A DNA stretch of 64,000 nt from Schmidtea polychroa. Taxonomy: Eukaryota. Each line of letters starts with the position of its first letter. Position 1 is the first letter of the stretch. Under the pieces are notes generated by a model. That model saw only the letters and a program-made list of their open reading frames with translations. It ran no database searches and was not told where the DNA came from. The stretch covers positions 22,568,001-22,632,000 of the forward strand of contig CM097885.1 of assembly GCA_044892525.1 (NCBI GenBank), given 5' to 3'. This document shows, in pieces, positions 49,546 to 62,902 of the stretch. The translations under genes were made by a program, and so were the position numbers.

Positions 49546-52500
49546 TCATATACTTTTGGAAGAGATTTCATTACAAAGATCATTCCGAATTGAAATGTCA
49601 TATTTCTTGGAAATGTATTTCGTAGCGTACTCAAATGCGTTATTCATTAATTCCGTATTCCTAACTCTGTCACTATGAGTGTTCCAGTCGACAAAAAGCC
49701 AGTCTTGATGAATAAGAATCAGTTCCAATGCCTAGAACAGTTCTGAATTTCGAAATCTGGTAATAATAAACACAATACTTTAATCATAATTTCATTATCT
49801 GCCTTAATATCATTGATATTTTTCTGCCAAGATTCCATAACGACTGGATTAAAACAAATAGATAACGCATGTTCATCCATGTTGTTAAACCGTCGATATG
49901 ATACGACCTTCGATAAATGCTTTAATAAATACTGAAGAGTTTGCCACCGGCAATCTAGTTGGTCGTGAATATCGTTGTTTATTTTGTCTTCGACTTTACG
50001 ACAAGAGGAATTTTGGTAAGATGATAAATGATATCTGATATCCATTAGAGTTTTCGATAAAGATTTTGGGTCATCACAATCAACAGCTTTACAAGAATAT
50101 GCCAAAACATGACTAAGATCTGAAACAATTTGTAACAAAACTAAATATTACGGAAACTTAATTTAATGTTTGAATAGAAGAATCTTAGAAATAGTTGAAT
50201 ATTATCGAGTAACATGAGTAGCATAACCCAAATAACTCTTAACCTTTTCAGATTTTGAAGGAAAAATAAAATCTTTAAAACATAACACGTTTTACAAATT
50301 TCGACAGGCCACAGGTTAAAGAAATATATAAAATTAGTGATTTAACTGTTTGCAGACGGAATTAATTTTAATAAGTAGTATATATGTTGGCATAATTTTT
50401 TAGTATACCAATGCCCGATATCGTGGTATGATTTTTTTAAAGTTTGGCCAGCACAGCTGGCCATTATACATTGTAGAACGCCTGGAACAAAATTCGTGGC
50501 CAGCAGTGCTGGCCTACCGTCCACTATCGTAAAAGCCATTTACGGCCAACACGGTTTGCCTATCGTCCGCAAATGGTTAAATCAAGTTACAGAGAATCAG
50601 GTTTTCTAAATACTTTATTTGCAATTCTAAACCAGGCATGTCAAACTTGCTTGGAGCCGCAAGCTACATAATCTATTTTGAATTACCCTCCGGTCTACAT
50701 GATTCAAATATTAAAGAAATAAGCTAAAAAAGCAGAAATAAGAAATTATTAGTGAGATGAAATGAGGACTCCAGTACAATATCTTTTTTAATTCTAACAT
50801 TGCCCAAATAACTTCATCATGACACAACATTTACATAATAGTGAATTCTTTGTTTTAATGAAGTGGTTACAATCTCGTTTCAATCATTTATCAGATGTTT
50901 CTCTTATTCGGTTTGGCACAGAATAAAACAAATTTTCAACTTTGGGAAATTTATTGGAAAATTTTAATAGATTTTAATTAACATTTACAATTAAGGTGAT
51001 GCCGAGCAAACTCAAGCGTTTTGTTTTTAAAAAAATGCAATGATGTAATACTTTAGGAACAATAATGCATAATTTGATACACGTGGTCCCATAATAGCCA
51101 GTAATAATACTAAATACTTAATTTTTTGGCTCATAATTTAAATAATTCTAAACTAAATCAGAAAATCGTACAGTACAATTTGTAATCAGATGTTAAACTA
51201 ATTTAGTAAAATTGAATTTAAATGATCAGAATACTTAGAATGTAATATGGAGTAAAAGTCTATGCTCTTTCAACCACGATAAAAATACTTTTGTATTTTT
51301 TCTATGATTGGCAAGCAATATACAACGATTCCGGGTATTGTCAATTCAAAAAGAGGTTTCCTTCAAAGGAAACATAGGAATCTGCACATATCTGGTATAG
51401 AAAACTCATGGAAAGACCATAAAAATTAATTGAATTGAAGAAACTTTGAATTTTGATTATTTTATGAGAAAACAATTGATGATAATGACAAACTTTTTCA
51501 AATATATTTTAAAGTAAAAATAACCCGCCACCCTACTGTTGGAGAGAAGTTATTAATGAATTAAACATCGGTGTATTTTTAAGTGCAATATCCCTTGTAA
51601 GGAGTTAGTAAACCCCTATATAAAATTATTATGGTCAAATGGTAGAAGTGAGATCAGTTAGTAGAAATAATTATTTCTGTTAAATTTTTATATTTAAATT
51701 CTATATTAAATTATATCATATTATATTAAATTATATTAAATTAAATCAATTAAATGTATGACCAGTAATTACATTAATATTAATAATTATCACGCCTCGG
51801 TGTTTAAATACGCTAGTAAACGACACAGTTTTGAAGTTGTTATAAAAAATAAATGCTTGAAGAAGATTTGAATTTAATTGCGTCTAACATGGTGACTACG
51901 CCAGGACTTGAACCTGGAATCCCTTGTTAGTAAATACAATTGAGAACTAAAAGTATACTTAGAATGTAACGAAAATGATGTGTTGTAGAATTTTTCATTG
52001 TTGGCCTAGATTTAGAATGGAGTTTATATGCTAACTTTGAAAGAAGCGAATCTAGTAGAATACGAAGTAGGCGCGAAGCACTCATTAATTTGGGCCGGCG
52101 TATACGTTGCAGTTACATGTTAACAATAGGTTCATTCTTCAACATAATTTACCAGTCCCCATTCAATGGGAAAATGTAAGATTGATTGGCAAACACTTGA
52201 CACAGAGTGGCTCAAATTTGTGAGGACCCTTAAAAAAATTATCTATTTCCATTAAATAACAAAAAAAAATTACTTTTAATACATGAAAATTAAATTAAAA
52301 AATAATTTCCTTAGGAAACAAAATCATGCTAAAAAAACCAGAACTGATTTTAAACACTTTACGAGGAAAATTTTGGATTTAATATCAATAAAATTTCCCC
52401 AGAAAACTGCGAAATTCTGTCATTTGTGAATAAATTTATTTTAATTGAATAATAAAAATTCCATGAAAAATTCACTAGTCGAATGACAATAAAAACAATA

Positions 52501-55500
52501 TAGGGAAATTGCAATAAGATGATCAGAATAATCAGATTTCCTTGTAATTAACAGCGCCAACTTTTTTTGGGTAAATTTAGCAATAATAAACATAATTTTG
52601 AGAATTCGTTACACTTCTTTTTTTGGCATTTTTTGGGCCAACAGAGAATGCGAGTTTTTATAATTGAGTGAATTTTCCAGAGAAAACGTACATAAGTTCG
52701 AAATAAGAATTTCAAGATAACATTCCAATTCATAACCTTAACTATTACAGAAGCTACAGGGACAGATTTAGCTTCATATCGTCTTATTGGGATATTTCTT
52801 TTTTCCTTGGACTATTTTGGCTGTTTTATTTTCCCAAGTTCAATTATAAGCAGTAGTTATCTCAGAATAAATGCCTTGTTATATGTAACCTTATAATAGA
52901 GTAATCCTATACAATTCCACTCTATAAAATGTATAATAAAAGCTTAAAATGATGTCTTTTTTCTTTCACAATATTATAGAAAATCTATTTCTCGTCGTCT
53001 GTAAAAACAAATTTCCACTATCAAATAACGAAACTTTATTATTAAAAAATCAAAGTATAAAGTAAAGATTTCTTGGTAGCAGCATTTATTTAATTTAAGC
53101 CTTTTGCTGCGAATAATGTATTTAATGAAAAAATGTCGACTATAAGATAGTCCTTGTCAATCTCAAAAAAATCAAAGTGGACATTGGAGCTATTAGAAGC
53201 TGCTAACACATCTTCTCAGTTATTTTTTAAATTCGGTTCAAAAGTTGACGACATAATTCCAAGTTTTTATTTAATCAAATATTGTATAATTTCCAAACCA
53301 ATTTTCAGTGTTGAATAAAATATTCCAAAAAACCATTTATTAAAATTTCGATATTTAAAATATATTTATTAAAAATGATCCGGTTAAAAAGCTTGTTTAA
53401 TTTAAAAAATTAAAAATTTCAGTTTAAAAATTATTTTCAAAGTTATTTTAAATAGTCAATTATTTATCATTTAAAATTATCTTAATAATTTTTTGAAATA
53501 TTTAACTCTCAGCTGAAAACACCTCACAGGAGCAACATAATCTTCCTCAGCAATATTATACAAAACCCGAGCATCATATCTGAAAATCTTAGGAAAATCC
53601 CTTAATGTAAATTATTTTCAGTCATTATCAACAAGAAAAAAACCTCATTGTGACATAATTTTTGAACTAATTATTCGTTTACATCATTATCACAATTATC
53701 ATTAAACATTTTTGGTTATTTGGGCCGGTCTAATATTTCTGTAATTGCATAATTAAATTTGTTTTAATATGCACATATTGTGATAAAAATAGAATTTAAG
53801 TGATTTCATTGTGTCAATAAAACTACAAGCTATCGCGGCCATATCATGGACTAGATGATACCTATTTTCAATTGAGAAGGTGACATTCAACAGTGGATTC
53901 AGAAAGTGAAGCTAGTGGCTTAAAATTCAAAAAATCGTGGAGTTGGAATCAATAATTCCTTTATATCTAGATGGACCAGCTTTTGAAGTATATCAGCATT
54001 TGAGCGCGGAAGACAAAAGCAACGCATTGAAGAACGAACATGCCTTAATCGATGTCTATTCGATAGATATGTTCCAAGTATATGACCGATTTCGTGAACG
54101 AAAGTGGTGCAATGAGCCAGTAGATGTCTATTTGAATGATCTCAAAAACTTAGCATCTTTGGCTAAGATAGATAACGATATCATAATTAAAATCGCATTC
54201 ATCATGGGTTTGCCAGCAGTGTCGTCACAACAGTTACGATCCAATGCCAATATTCAGCAGATGTCTCTTGTTGAGGTCTTGAAACAGTTTCGTGTCTTAG
54301 TAAACTGTGACAGTATGGAACTGTGTTCGGCTGTCGTGTGAAATCATGAAAAGCAAAAGAAATGCTCGTATTGCCGAAAGAATGGCCATCTGTTTCAAAA
54401 TACAAGGAAAGAAGTGTTGGCTATGTGAAGAAGAGGGCCACAAATAAGAAGAGAGTGATCAATCAGACCTATCACTGAACATTTGAAAGATTTCTAAAAT
54501 ATATCAGAATCTAAAAGCGAACTTCCTCTTAAACAGTGCAAAACTTCCAAAGACACAACTTCCATATAAAACCTTGGATTATGTGTAAATATTTCCTTTG
54601 ACAATTGACGATAAAAATTTTGATTTTCCTGAAATAACTATGATGACACTTATAAAGCTACTATTTGAAAAAATAAAACCTTTTACTGAAAATTAGTATA
54701 CAAGTTCAAAGAAATTTGAGAAATCAGAAAATTAAGAAATATGGTACAAAACTAGTAGAAAGAATAAAGTCGGTTTACTACAATTTAAAAAATAAATAAA
54801 AAAGCGATCCAGTTTATTTCTACACTGATAAATTATTATTAATGAATTCACACGATAAAATGGTCGTGCGTATTCTATTAGGCATTCAGAAAAAAGGTGG
54901 AGAAAATTTGATATCCGAGGGTAACGGCCGGACAGTAAATAAAGTATGTAATATTTAAATTAAAAATTAAAAGAAATTCCAAAGAATCCATTGATGAGTT
55001 CCATACTTTGATAAATTTTTAATATAAATTTATCCTTATTTAAAAGAAAAAATAATTTTTTCACTGAATTCTATTTTTAAAATATAAATTATGGGTTAAA
55101 GGGTCTGCTGTCAGATTATGCACAAATAATTTAAAAAAATGCTCTTAATGTTTTGGAATTACAAAAGTCAGAAATTAATTTTGTTTCAAAGAAATAGTTT
55201 TTAAGAGTAAACCATTAATGATAATTTAACAAAAATCAGGTTTTATTTTAATTACGATTTTTGTATTAAGATAATTATATACTGTTTAGAAACAATTTAT
55301 CAACCGAAAATATTAAAAAAATAAAAAAAAATTAAAATTGATAAAAAATAAAAAACAGAAAATTTATTCTTTTTCGATAAATAACATAAAAAAACCTCTA
55401 GCAACTAACGGAGAAACTGATAAATAAACCCAATATGGAATATATAATTATCCATAGGAATAAATTGTAAACATATTCAGTAATATAATATTTACTAACA

Positions 55501-58500
55501 TATCCTAGTAAGGGTTAGCACAGATGGTGGACAGGTAAATCTAACGTAATTAAATTAGAGGTTAAAGCAAATAAAATTTTGAAATTATATCTCCGATATT
55601 TACATGACAAATAAGAATAATGTTTGGGAAATGATCCATTTTCATATTTCTAGTGAGCACAATAAAGCATTAAACTGATACTGAAAGATTTTTTGACTTA
55701 TTGGTTGCAGCTCTATTTATCATAGATCACAATTTCAATTGAAATAAATAATATAGGACAAGTCTACAGTTACTAAATTCTTTTAAAGTTTGAGAGTTTT
55801 AAAATAAAATCTAATTGTAAAAATTAGGAGATTTACAGAAGAATAAAGAAGAAAACATAAAATTTTAAGATTTGTTTCTTTATAAGCTTCAATTGAAATC
55901 CAATTAAATGCGTCGCTCTGTCGCAATAATTACTAAGTTACATTAGTTGTGATGAAAAAAGATTCGCCATCATTGTTTTGGGTAGTATTAAGTGAAAATC
56001 GACACTGATAACTATTATTCAAACAAATTTATATATTCTATAAGATATACAGACTCTGTATATCTTATAGAATATATAAATTTGTTTGTATTACAGAGTA
56101 TTGTCACACCCCATAAAATAGAAAAATGCTTAACATAATTAGTGACATCACATTGCAAGAACTACAATAAAGTTAAAATACAAAATTGGCATCGCCCTAT
56201 CGTTAGTTGTTGTGCGAAACCTAACTATGATTGGTTAGTACAGAAAGCCATTTCAATTTTTCCCGTGCCAGTACTTATGTCCAATATTTATTATAAAATA
56301 AATAAACATATTGCATTATATAAGTTCATGTAATTATATTTATTGAAGATAAAGAGAGTATAAAATTAAAATATAAAAGTTAATGTAATAGTAATTTTAT
56401 TTTTTATTACAAGTTTCTTGCTTCACGTTAGCTGCCAGATTTTTTATACCATACTGGTATGTTGTCGATTGCAAGGTAATGCACGTAGCCGAATCTTACT
56501 CTGTCAACCTAGTTCTAGTCTTTGAATATACATGATTTAATACAGAAAAAAAACTTTAGCAAGACTATATGCCGAAAAATGGTTTAAAATGATTTTGTAA
56601 TTGTAATTGTAATTTTTTAACAGAACCAAAGGTATCTGGCATTCTATTCTATACTTCTAGAATTGAGTTTTCAATGTAACATTCTAGATTCAATAACATT
56701 ACAATTCTTCGATATGTTTCCGCATACTTACATATTTTTCTACCCAAATAGAGTTAGATTGTATAATTTATATAAATATCGATAAGTATCTATAATTTCC
56801 ATTTCTAAATTTTCTTATTCCATCCAATTAAGAATATCATTATCGAAATCCTGAATATCAAATAAGTCAGGATAATTCACAATTTTGAATAATTTCTCAA
56901 TTCTTTTAAAATCTTTAAATCTTTCTGAGAACTGTTGTTTAATAGCATCAAGAATGTTGGAAAATTAATCAATGAAGTTAGAGTTTTTTCAAAAATTTGT
57001 GTTTCATTCATAAATATTTTAAGTTTTGGAAAAAATTCAATATCTCGGTAGTTCCGTGTTATCTTACCCCCAAAAATTAAATTATAAAATACAATTAAAA
57101 TAACAATATAAAAAATGAGAGAATATATTATTGATGACGTTATTGAACATTATTGAACATGAATTTATTAAGGCTATCTGTGATTTATGTGATTATGTGA
57201 GTTTATGTGGCGCAAACGTGTTCTAAGCAACAGTGCCGATGTGTTCGACACTATTCTCAACGACATTGTGGTTTTCTGGCCACCTGGATGACCATTTACA
57301 AACTCTTTACAAACATTTGTTGAGTTTGTAACTGATTTAGAAAATAAATATAATAATTATGTGTTCTTTTTTAATTTAATTTTTGGGGGTAAGATAACAC
57401 GGAAGTACCAATATCTCTAACAATAAAATCCAATTTAATTTCAAATGCCTTTATTAGCCCAAACATAACCTTAACCATTTCCTCACGTCTTTGCAATATT
57501 TTGTTTAGTGAGTTTAAATGTTATGTTATATCAGTAAAAAAACCATCAGTTTTGTTAACCATTCTATGTCAAAAAGTTCTTTAAAATCGCTCTTATTAAA
57601 TTAATTTAAAAATAGGCGTATTTCATCCAAGCAATTAACAAACCTTTCCAAGAATATAGCCTGGCTAAGTCAACGCACGCTATTACACACTGAAAGAGAG
57701 TCATAACCATAATTCATATCATTTAAAAGTTTTTAAATTACCTTTTATTCATGTCACATGCAACTATAAAATTTACAACTTTATTAACTTTATCAGATAT
57801 TGCCTTAAAATAGTTAGTAATAATTTTTGTACATAGGACATGCTGATGAATAATACGATGAAATCCTATTATTGGGTGACCAACACATTTTTGAAATAAA
57901 TTAAAAATCCAAATTTCTGATCCAATAATATTGTCGTAACAGAAATTATGTTTTTTAAGTTGATGTTCAGTTCTTTCCGGTATATTTCCCAATTTTAAAA
58001 GTTCCTTGTGCAATTTATTCTCTTTTGAATAACGTGCATAAATTGCTAATCGAGCAGACAACTTAATATCATTTGTTTCATTCAGACAAATTGAGAAAAA
58101 GTCAAAACTATTAAAAGATTTTGATCTGAAATATTTACACTCATTTTTAAAATCCTTTCTTTAACTGTATTTCTGCTTAGCTGCAATAATTGAATTCTTT
58201 GTAAAATTGTTTCTCTATTGTTGAAATCTTAAAACAAACTGGGTGAAGCTTAAAACATAACTGTTTTTCAGAATTCTCCATCAGAAAATGGTTTTGAATG
58301 TTTGGTTACATTGTTGGAAATTTTTACGAATTTGGATAATAAGTTTGATTTTCAACAGTCTTTAATAGTCGAGAGATAAATTCTTTCCTTTCATTTATAT
58401 TCTTAGCAATTTCCTTATGGTTATCTCTAAAATGTCTCTTAATAGAAGATGTTCGACACACAATTATTTCAGAGCACAAACCACAACAAAGTTTATCTTC

Positions 58501-61500
58501 ATGTTTAATAAAGCCATATTCAAGAGTCCAAGATGGTAAAAAATTTCGCACATCCTGTAATTTTTGTTTTATCTTTGGTAACATTTCAATGAAGCAAATA
58601 TTTTTTAAAATAACAAAATCAAATATTGACTTTTTTAATATTGATACAAAATTTTTATTTTATTTAATTAAGAAACAAAACTATGAAAGTAAGAAACTGG
58701 TCGATGTTTTTATGCATTTTAAATGCATGTAAAATGTAAAATGCATATAAAATGCATGCATATAAAATATTAATCATTATTATGTCAAAACGAGAAATAA
58801 AAATAAGGAAATCAAAGAGGAAGTGGCGAGATGAAACGAAATGAAAAAAGATCATTCGAAGCTTTGATTTTATGAAAGCTGACGGACATTTTAAGGTTGT
58901 TCTAAATACATGGTAAATTTATACTAATAGAAAAATTGTAATTATTCGAAATTGAAAATACATTGAAATACTTTTATTAATAATTATTGTCAGTAAGAAA
59001 GATTTTAGAATATCAAATAAAGGATTATAAAAAGAACTTTTGATTTGTAAATTAATAAAAAAATTGATTTTATAATTAATTTGTGTGCAGTACAAAATCT
59101 TTGGCACATGTGTCATGTATTTACTATCTTCTCATTGGCTATATAACAGAGCTCATTTCCACGTGTTTTCACACTTGTGTTAATCATGCCACGGCTCCAA
59201 GTGCCAGTGAACCGCCAGATTTATTAAGAGGTCAAATTATTGGACAAGTTTTATTTTCTCAAATAATTTGTGTCATAACGTCCTGTAAACGGTAACCTAT
59301 CTAAAGAAAATTCCCATTTTATGCAAGATGATACATCTTGCTATACTGCACAAACAACGAAGTAACATGGAATTTCCTGCCCAAATGGAGTGCACAATCG
59401 CCAGTCATGAATCCAATTGAAAATGGTTGGTATCTCTTGTATCGCTGCAAGTCTATTGGTCGCCCTTCAAGAGGAATGGTAAGCAATTCCCCAAGAAACT
59501 ATCAATAAACTTATACATTCAATGCCACAACGTGTAACTCCTATTTTTAATGCTACGGAAAAGATCTACGAGATATTAGAGAGCGAAATATAATTGTTCA
59601 TCATGGATAAGACTCAGTATTTGTTCATGGGTGTTAACAATTATAATTTTTCACGTGTCCATTTACTTATGACAATGCAATATATTTATGTTTCTCATTT
59701 GATGAAATTGAGTAATGACATTTCACAACGTATAATACGGATTTAATTACAATTATTTCCAGATATTATTGAGAAATTTAATTAATTTTAATAAATATCT
59801 TATCGGATTCAGCGTGTGATTAGCATTAAAAACGACCCGTCAAAACTTCAATTTATTAAACTGCTTGTAACATTTGAAAAAAGTGATTATCTATAAAATA
59901 TTACAAATAATACATTAGTAATCCATTATATAAAGGGGCAAAGTCTTTTACAGCACAAGTTTTATTTTCTCAAATAATTAGTGTCATAACGTCCTGATTG
60001 ATGCTAAAATGATTTTAAAAAGCCAAGCATCGTCAAGATGAAGAATATTTAGTACAAAGATGCTGAAGGCGGGCATTTCCACTCGAATAAGTATTTATTC
60101 AAAGAAAAAGATAACGATTAGAATTTTTCAAGGTAGAGCTCAGAATTGGAAAATAACTTTCCGCCATATTAAACAGTCAATGTCAAATTTATTATGAAAT
60201 AATTTCCATAGAGAATTATTCGATTGAAATGTTTAATTGCACTTATAATTACGACAGACTTTATCAGTCTTTCCAGTCAAATACGTAGTAGAAATAACAA
60301 ACGGAATGATAAGAGAAAATTTACTAACCTGCAGGTATCAGGTTTTGTTTCAATTTTCGCAGGAATAACTTCAGAATTCCACAGATTGCGTGTACATTAT
60401 TCCATTCTACAAGATTCGAGTCGATTTCATTAGGATTCTACAGAAAATTCCGATTATATAAATAGATTGTTTATTAGTTAACAATTGATTCAATCAAACA
60501 ATAATAAAATATTTCTAATTTGACAAATTTGACAATTAAAACAAAAAATAAATTCCATAATTCAAAATGAAAATTATATAATCGAGTAACAATTAATTTT
60601 CATAATAATAAAACAAATATTTTCTAAAAAATTCAAAATAGGAATTTCGTTTCGATAAGTAATTGAAAACTTTATAATTATTGTTGATGTTGAAATGTAA
60701 TTATTTTAAATTAAATTTCCGGATATTATCATTACTTTTAAGGCAGACATATTGAAATTGAAATGAAAAAGATAGATATAGAACCGAGTCGCATGAAATG
60801 GGCGTAAGAGAGAAAGAGAGAGATAAATGTAGGTATTGGAATTGAAATATAAACAGAAACAGATCTAAACTCATAGAATCAATTTGGAGGAAAGGTTTCG
60901 TAGGAAATATATTATATACTTTAGAATATGTTGATTTTAATATTGTTTTGGTACTTTATATATAGAAATGACGGTCATATTGAAATTGTGCGCATTTTTG
61001 TCTGTCATTTATTTTTAATATCCATTTGACTGGTATTGCAAATTATTTATCCAGATTAGGGATTGTGGTCTAGAATTATCGGGAAATCCTTGAATCCTAG
61101 AAATTTTCGAGATATACAAAGAAAAATAAGTCAGTTTATAATCTTACAATAGACACCTCATAGGCAATAAGTCCAGAGAGGGGAATTATAACTATTTTAT
61201 CTATAGTAAGTAATGGAAGTAAATGTTTAATTAACACAGGTACTGCTGTTTCTCACAATGATAAAAACTGTTTCAACAATCATTTGATTGCTCCCCGATT
61301 TTGACAGTAGCAGAATTTTAACCAATTAAGTATTTCGGAGACAAGAAAATTTCAATTAATTTAAATGGAAAAATTTATAATTGAACTTTTTATATTTCTA
61401 ATGTACTAAAGATAATATTGGGCTGTGATTTCCTCAAGTAACACCAAACAATTCCTGGCTGTAGTGTCAAGGGTGTAAAAAGCGAAAAAGTAATTAAACA

Positions 61501-62902
61501 TGAGATTCACATAAAACCAGACATCAAACCCAGGAAACCTTTTAGAAGAAAAAAACAAAACAGAAAGACATGGTTTGATAATATAATATCGGCTGGAAAG
61601 TGAAAACCATCAAAGCCCTTTATACTGTTTCTAATAAAAGTAGTTAATCAAAAAAGAAAGTTTTGAATACGAAAAGAGTATCGCGAGCCCAATAATACAA
61701 CCTAAATTTGAAGATATAATCAACATAACAGGCAATACATGACTATTTGCTACCAGTGAACTTGAAATGGTATATTTCCAAATTCTGATAAATCATGTCA
61801 TTTATTGGCCCAGTAAATCAATGTCATTTCTTGTTTTTTAGATTACAAATGTTAAATTTCTATTAATAATATAAATTCTTCTACTCGCTTTTATTATTAG
61901 AATTTCATTATATTTTATATATTTGTTGAAGAAGAGATAACGGGAAATCCCGGGAACTATGTTGATTCCCGGGATCCCGTTTGAGAAGCCCTAGCCTGTA
62001 CGTGCTCATTTTTTTGTTCAATGAGTTCGGAAAATATTATTCGATTTATAGTACATTATCGTTCCAAATTGGCCATTGCTTCATCAAGTCATTTTTAATA
62101 AATTTCTTTGTGAAAACTTTGGAATTCGATGAATTGAATTAATTTTGAAATGAATAATTTAACTAAACCTATTAGTATGGCCACCACATAAGTTGTCTAT
62201 ATCTATATCTAATATCAATATGTAAATCAGTAAAAATGATTCAAATATCGAAATTAATTTCATAGAATGCTTCGAGTTGAAATATATTCACTAACTTGCG
62301 TTAATAAATAATAATAATAATATTGCTTCATTACGAGGATGCCACAAAATGCCATGATTTTGGGTGAGATTCAGATTTAGAGGAGTTCATTCTTAATCTC
62401 TCGTTTCACTGACTACGTGAACACAAAGATCAATTATGGGAGCACTTAATGATATTGTATCTTGAAAGGTAATTATGATCATCTAATATGAAACCAACTT
62501 CATACAAACTTATAACAATATACAGACAGATCAAACCATTTACTACAATATTAATAAATTTATAAAATTATAATTATCATTGAAAATATTTGCGATTTAA
62601 GACCTATTTGGAAGAAGTACATAGGGGAGAAGTTGGTTGAAGATTTTATCAATAACAATATGGTTCTTATTCTATTATTCAACAAGACAAGCCTATGAAG
62701 GTTTTACTAAATAAAAGCTGTTGTATTGGTTTTTATTTTATGTATAAATAAATAAATAACAATTTAGAAAAATTACCTTGTTTAAATGTGTGCATAGAGT
62801 GCGTATAACTCTTTGATTTCCAGATATTCGGTAAATTCCTTCCTGGTGTAGACCAATATTTTCAACAATTTTTGTACAAAGGAAAATTATCATCGGTATT
62901 TT
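49546..62902 (-). CDS. RhoGAP-domain protein (partial; upstream exons and exact 3' end unresolved)
   Basis: Phase-consistent exons 62902-62777 (IPMIIFLCTKIVENIGLHQEGIYRISGNQ), 60437-60329 (NVHAICGILKLFLRKLKQNLIP), 50140-49779 (WQTLQYLLKHLSKV..NNMDEHALSICFNPV) and 49731 onward (ALELILIHQDWLF). Confidence 0.88.
50633..51100 (-). mobile_element. 3' end of a Charlie/SPIN-type hAT element
   Basis: Terminus CAGGCATGTCAAAC and a minus-strand ...SH* ending near 50750. Confidence 0.5.
51300..51531 (+). mobile_element. Merlin/ISXO2-like transposase fragment and terminus
   Basis: VNSKRGFLQRKHRNLHISGIENSWKDHK resembles VNH..F....HTN.IE..W..K; terminus ...AACCCGCC. Confidence 0.4.
51537..51925 (+). mobile_element. 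Candidate 5' LTR (TGTT...AACA, ends 51889) followed by a tRNA primer-binding site
   Basis: AATAAA about 35 bp before ...CTAACA, immediately followed by TGGTGACTACGCCAGGACTTGAACCTGG, the complement of a tRNA 3' end including CCA. The LTR start is uncertain. Confidence 0.6.
53846..54460 (+). mobile_element. Degenerate LTR-retrotransposon gag
   Basis: YLDGPAFEVYQHL, EPVDVYLNDLKNLA and two CX2CX4H knuckle starts (CSYCRKNGH, CWLCEEEGH), with stops. Confidence 0.75.
56020..56088. repeat. Perfect palindrome, 34-bp arms and 1-nt spacer
   Basis: CAAACAAATTTATATATTCTATAAGATATACAGA-C-TCTGTATATCTTATAGAATATATAAATTTGTTTG, checked base by base. Confidence 0.97.
56450..58600 (-). mobile_element. Degenerate hAT transposase (GTF2IRD2/Charlie type)
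   Basis: WTLEYGFIKHEDKLCCGLCSE...IKRHF and HRIIHQHVLC fragments; many stops. Confidence 0.75.
57047..57409. mobile_element. MITE with about 38-bp GG-starting TIRs and 8-bp TSD (Merlin-like)
   Basis: GGTAGTTCCGTGTTATCTTACCCCCAAAAATTAAATT and its inverse; TSD AATATCTC (57039-57046 and 57410-57417). Confidence 0.85.
59083..59635 (+). mobile_element. Internally deleted Tc1 relic
   Basis: FMQDDTSC, WSAQSPVMNPIENGW and LIHSMPQRV fragments. Confidence 0.75.
61200..61800 (+). mobile_element. Gypsy-like pol relic (protease to RT start)
   Basis: LINTGTAVS, ILGCDFL, KHEIHIKPDIKP and a decayed DL..GY.QI-like segment. Confidence 0.55.

Noticed and set aside
51890-51965. Complete tRNA gene
   Set aside because: Only the 3' half with encoded CCA is present; there is no D-arm or 5' acceptor strand.
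61057-61992. TAGGG...CCCTA pair as one hAT MITE carrying gypsy sequence
   Set aside because: Only 5 terminal bases match and the 8-bp flanks differ (ATCCAGAT versus GCCTGTAC).
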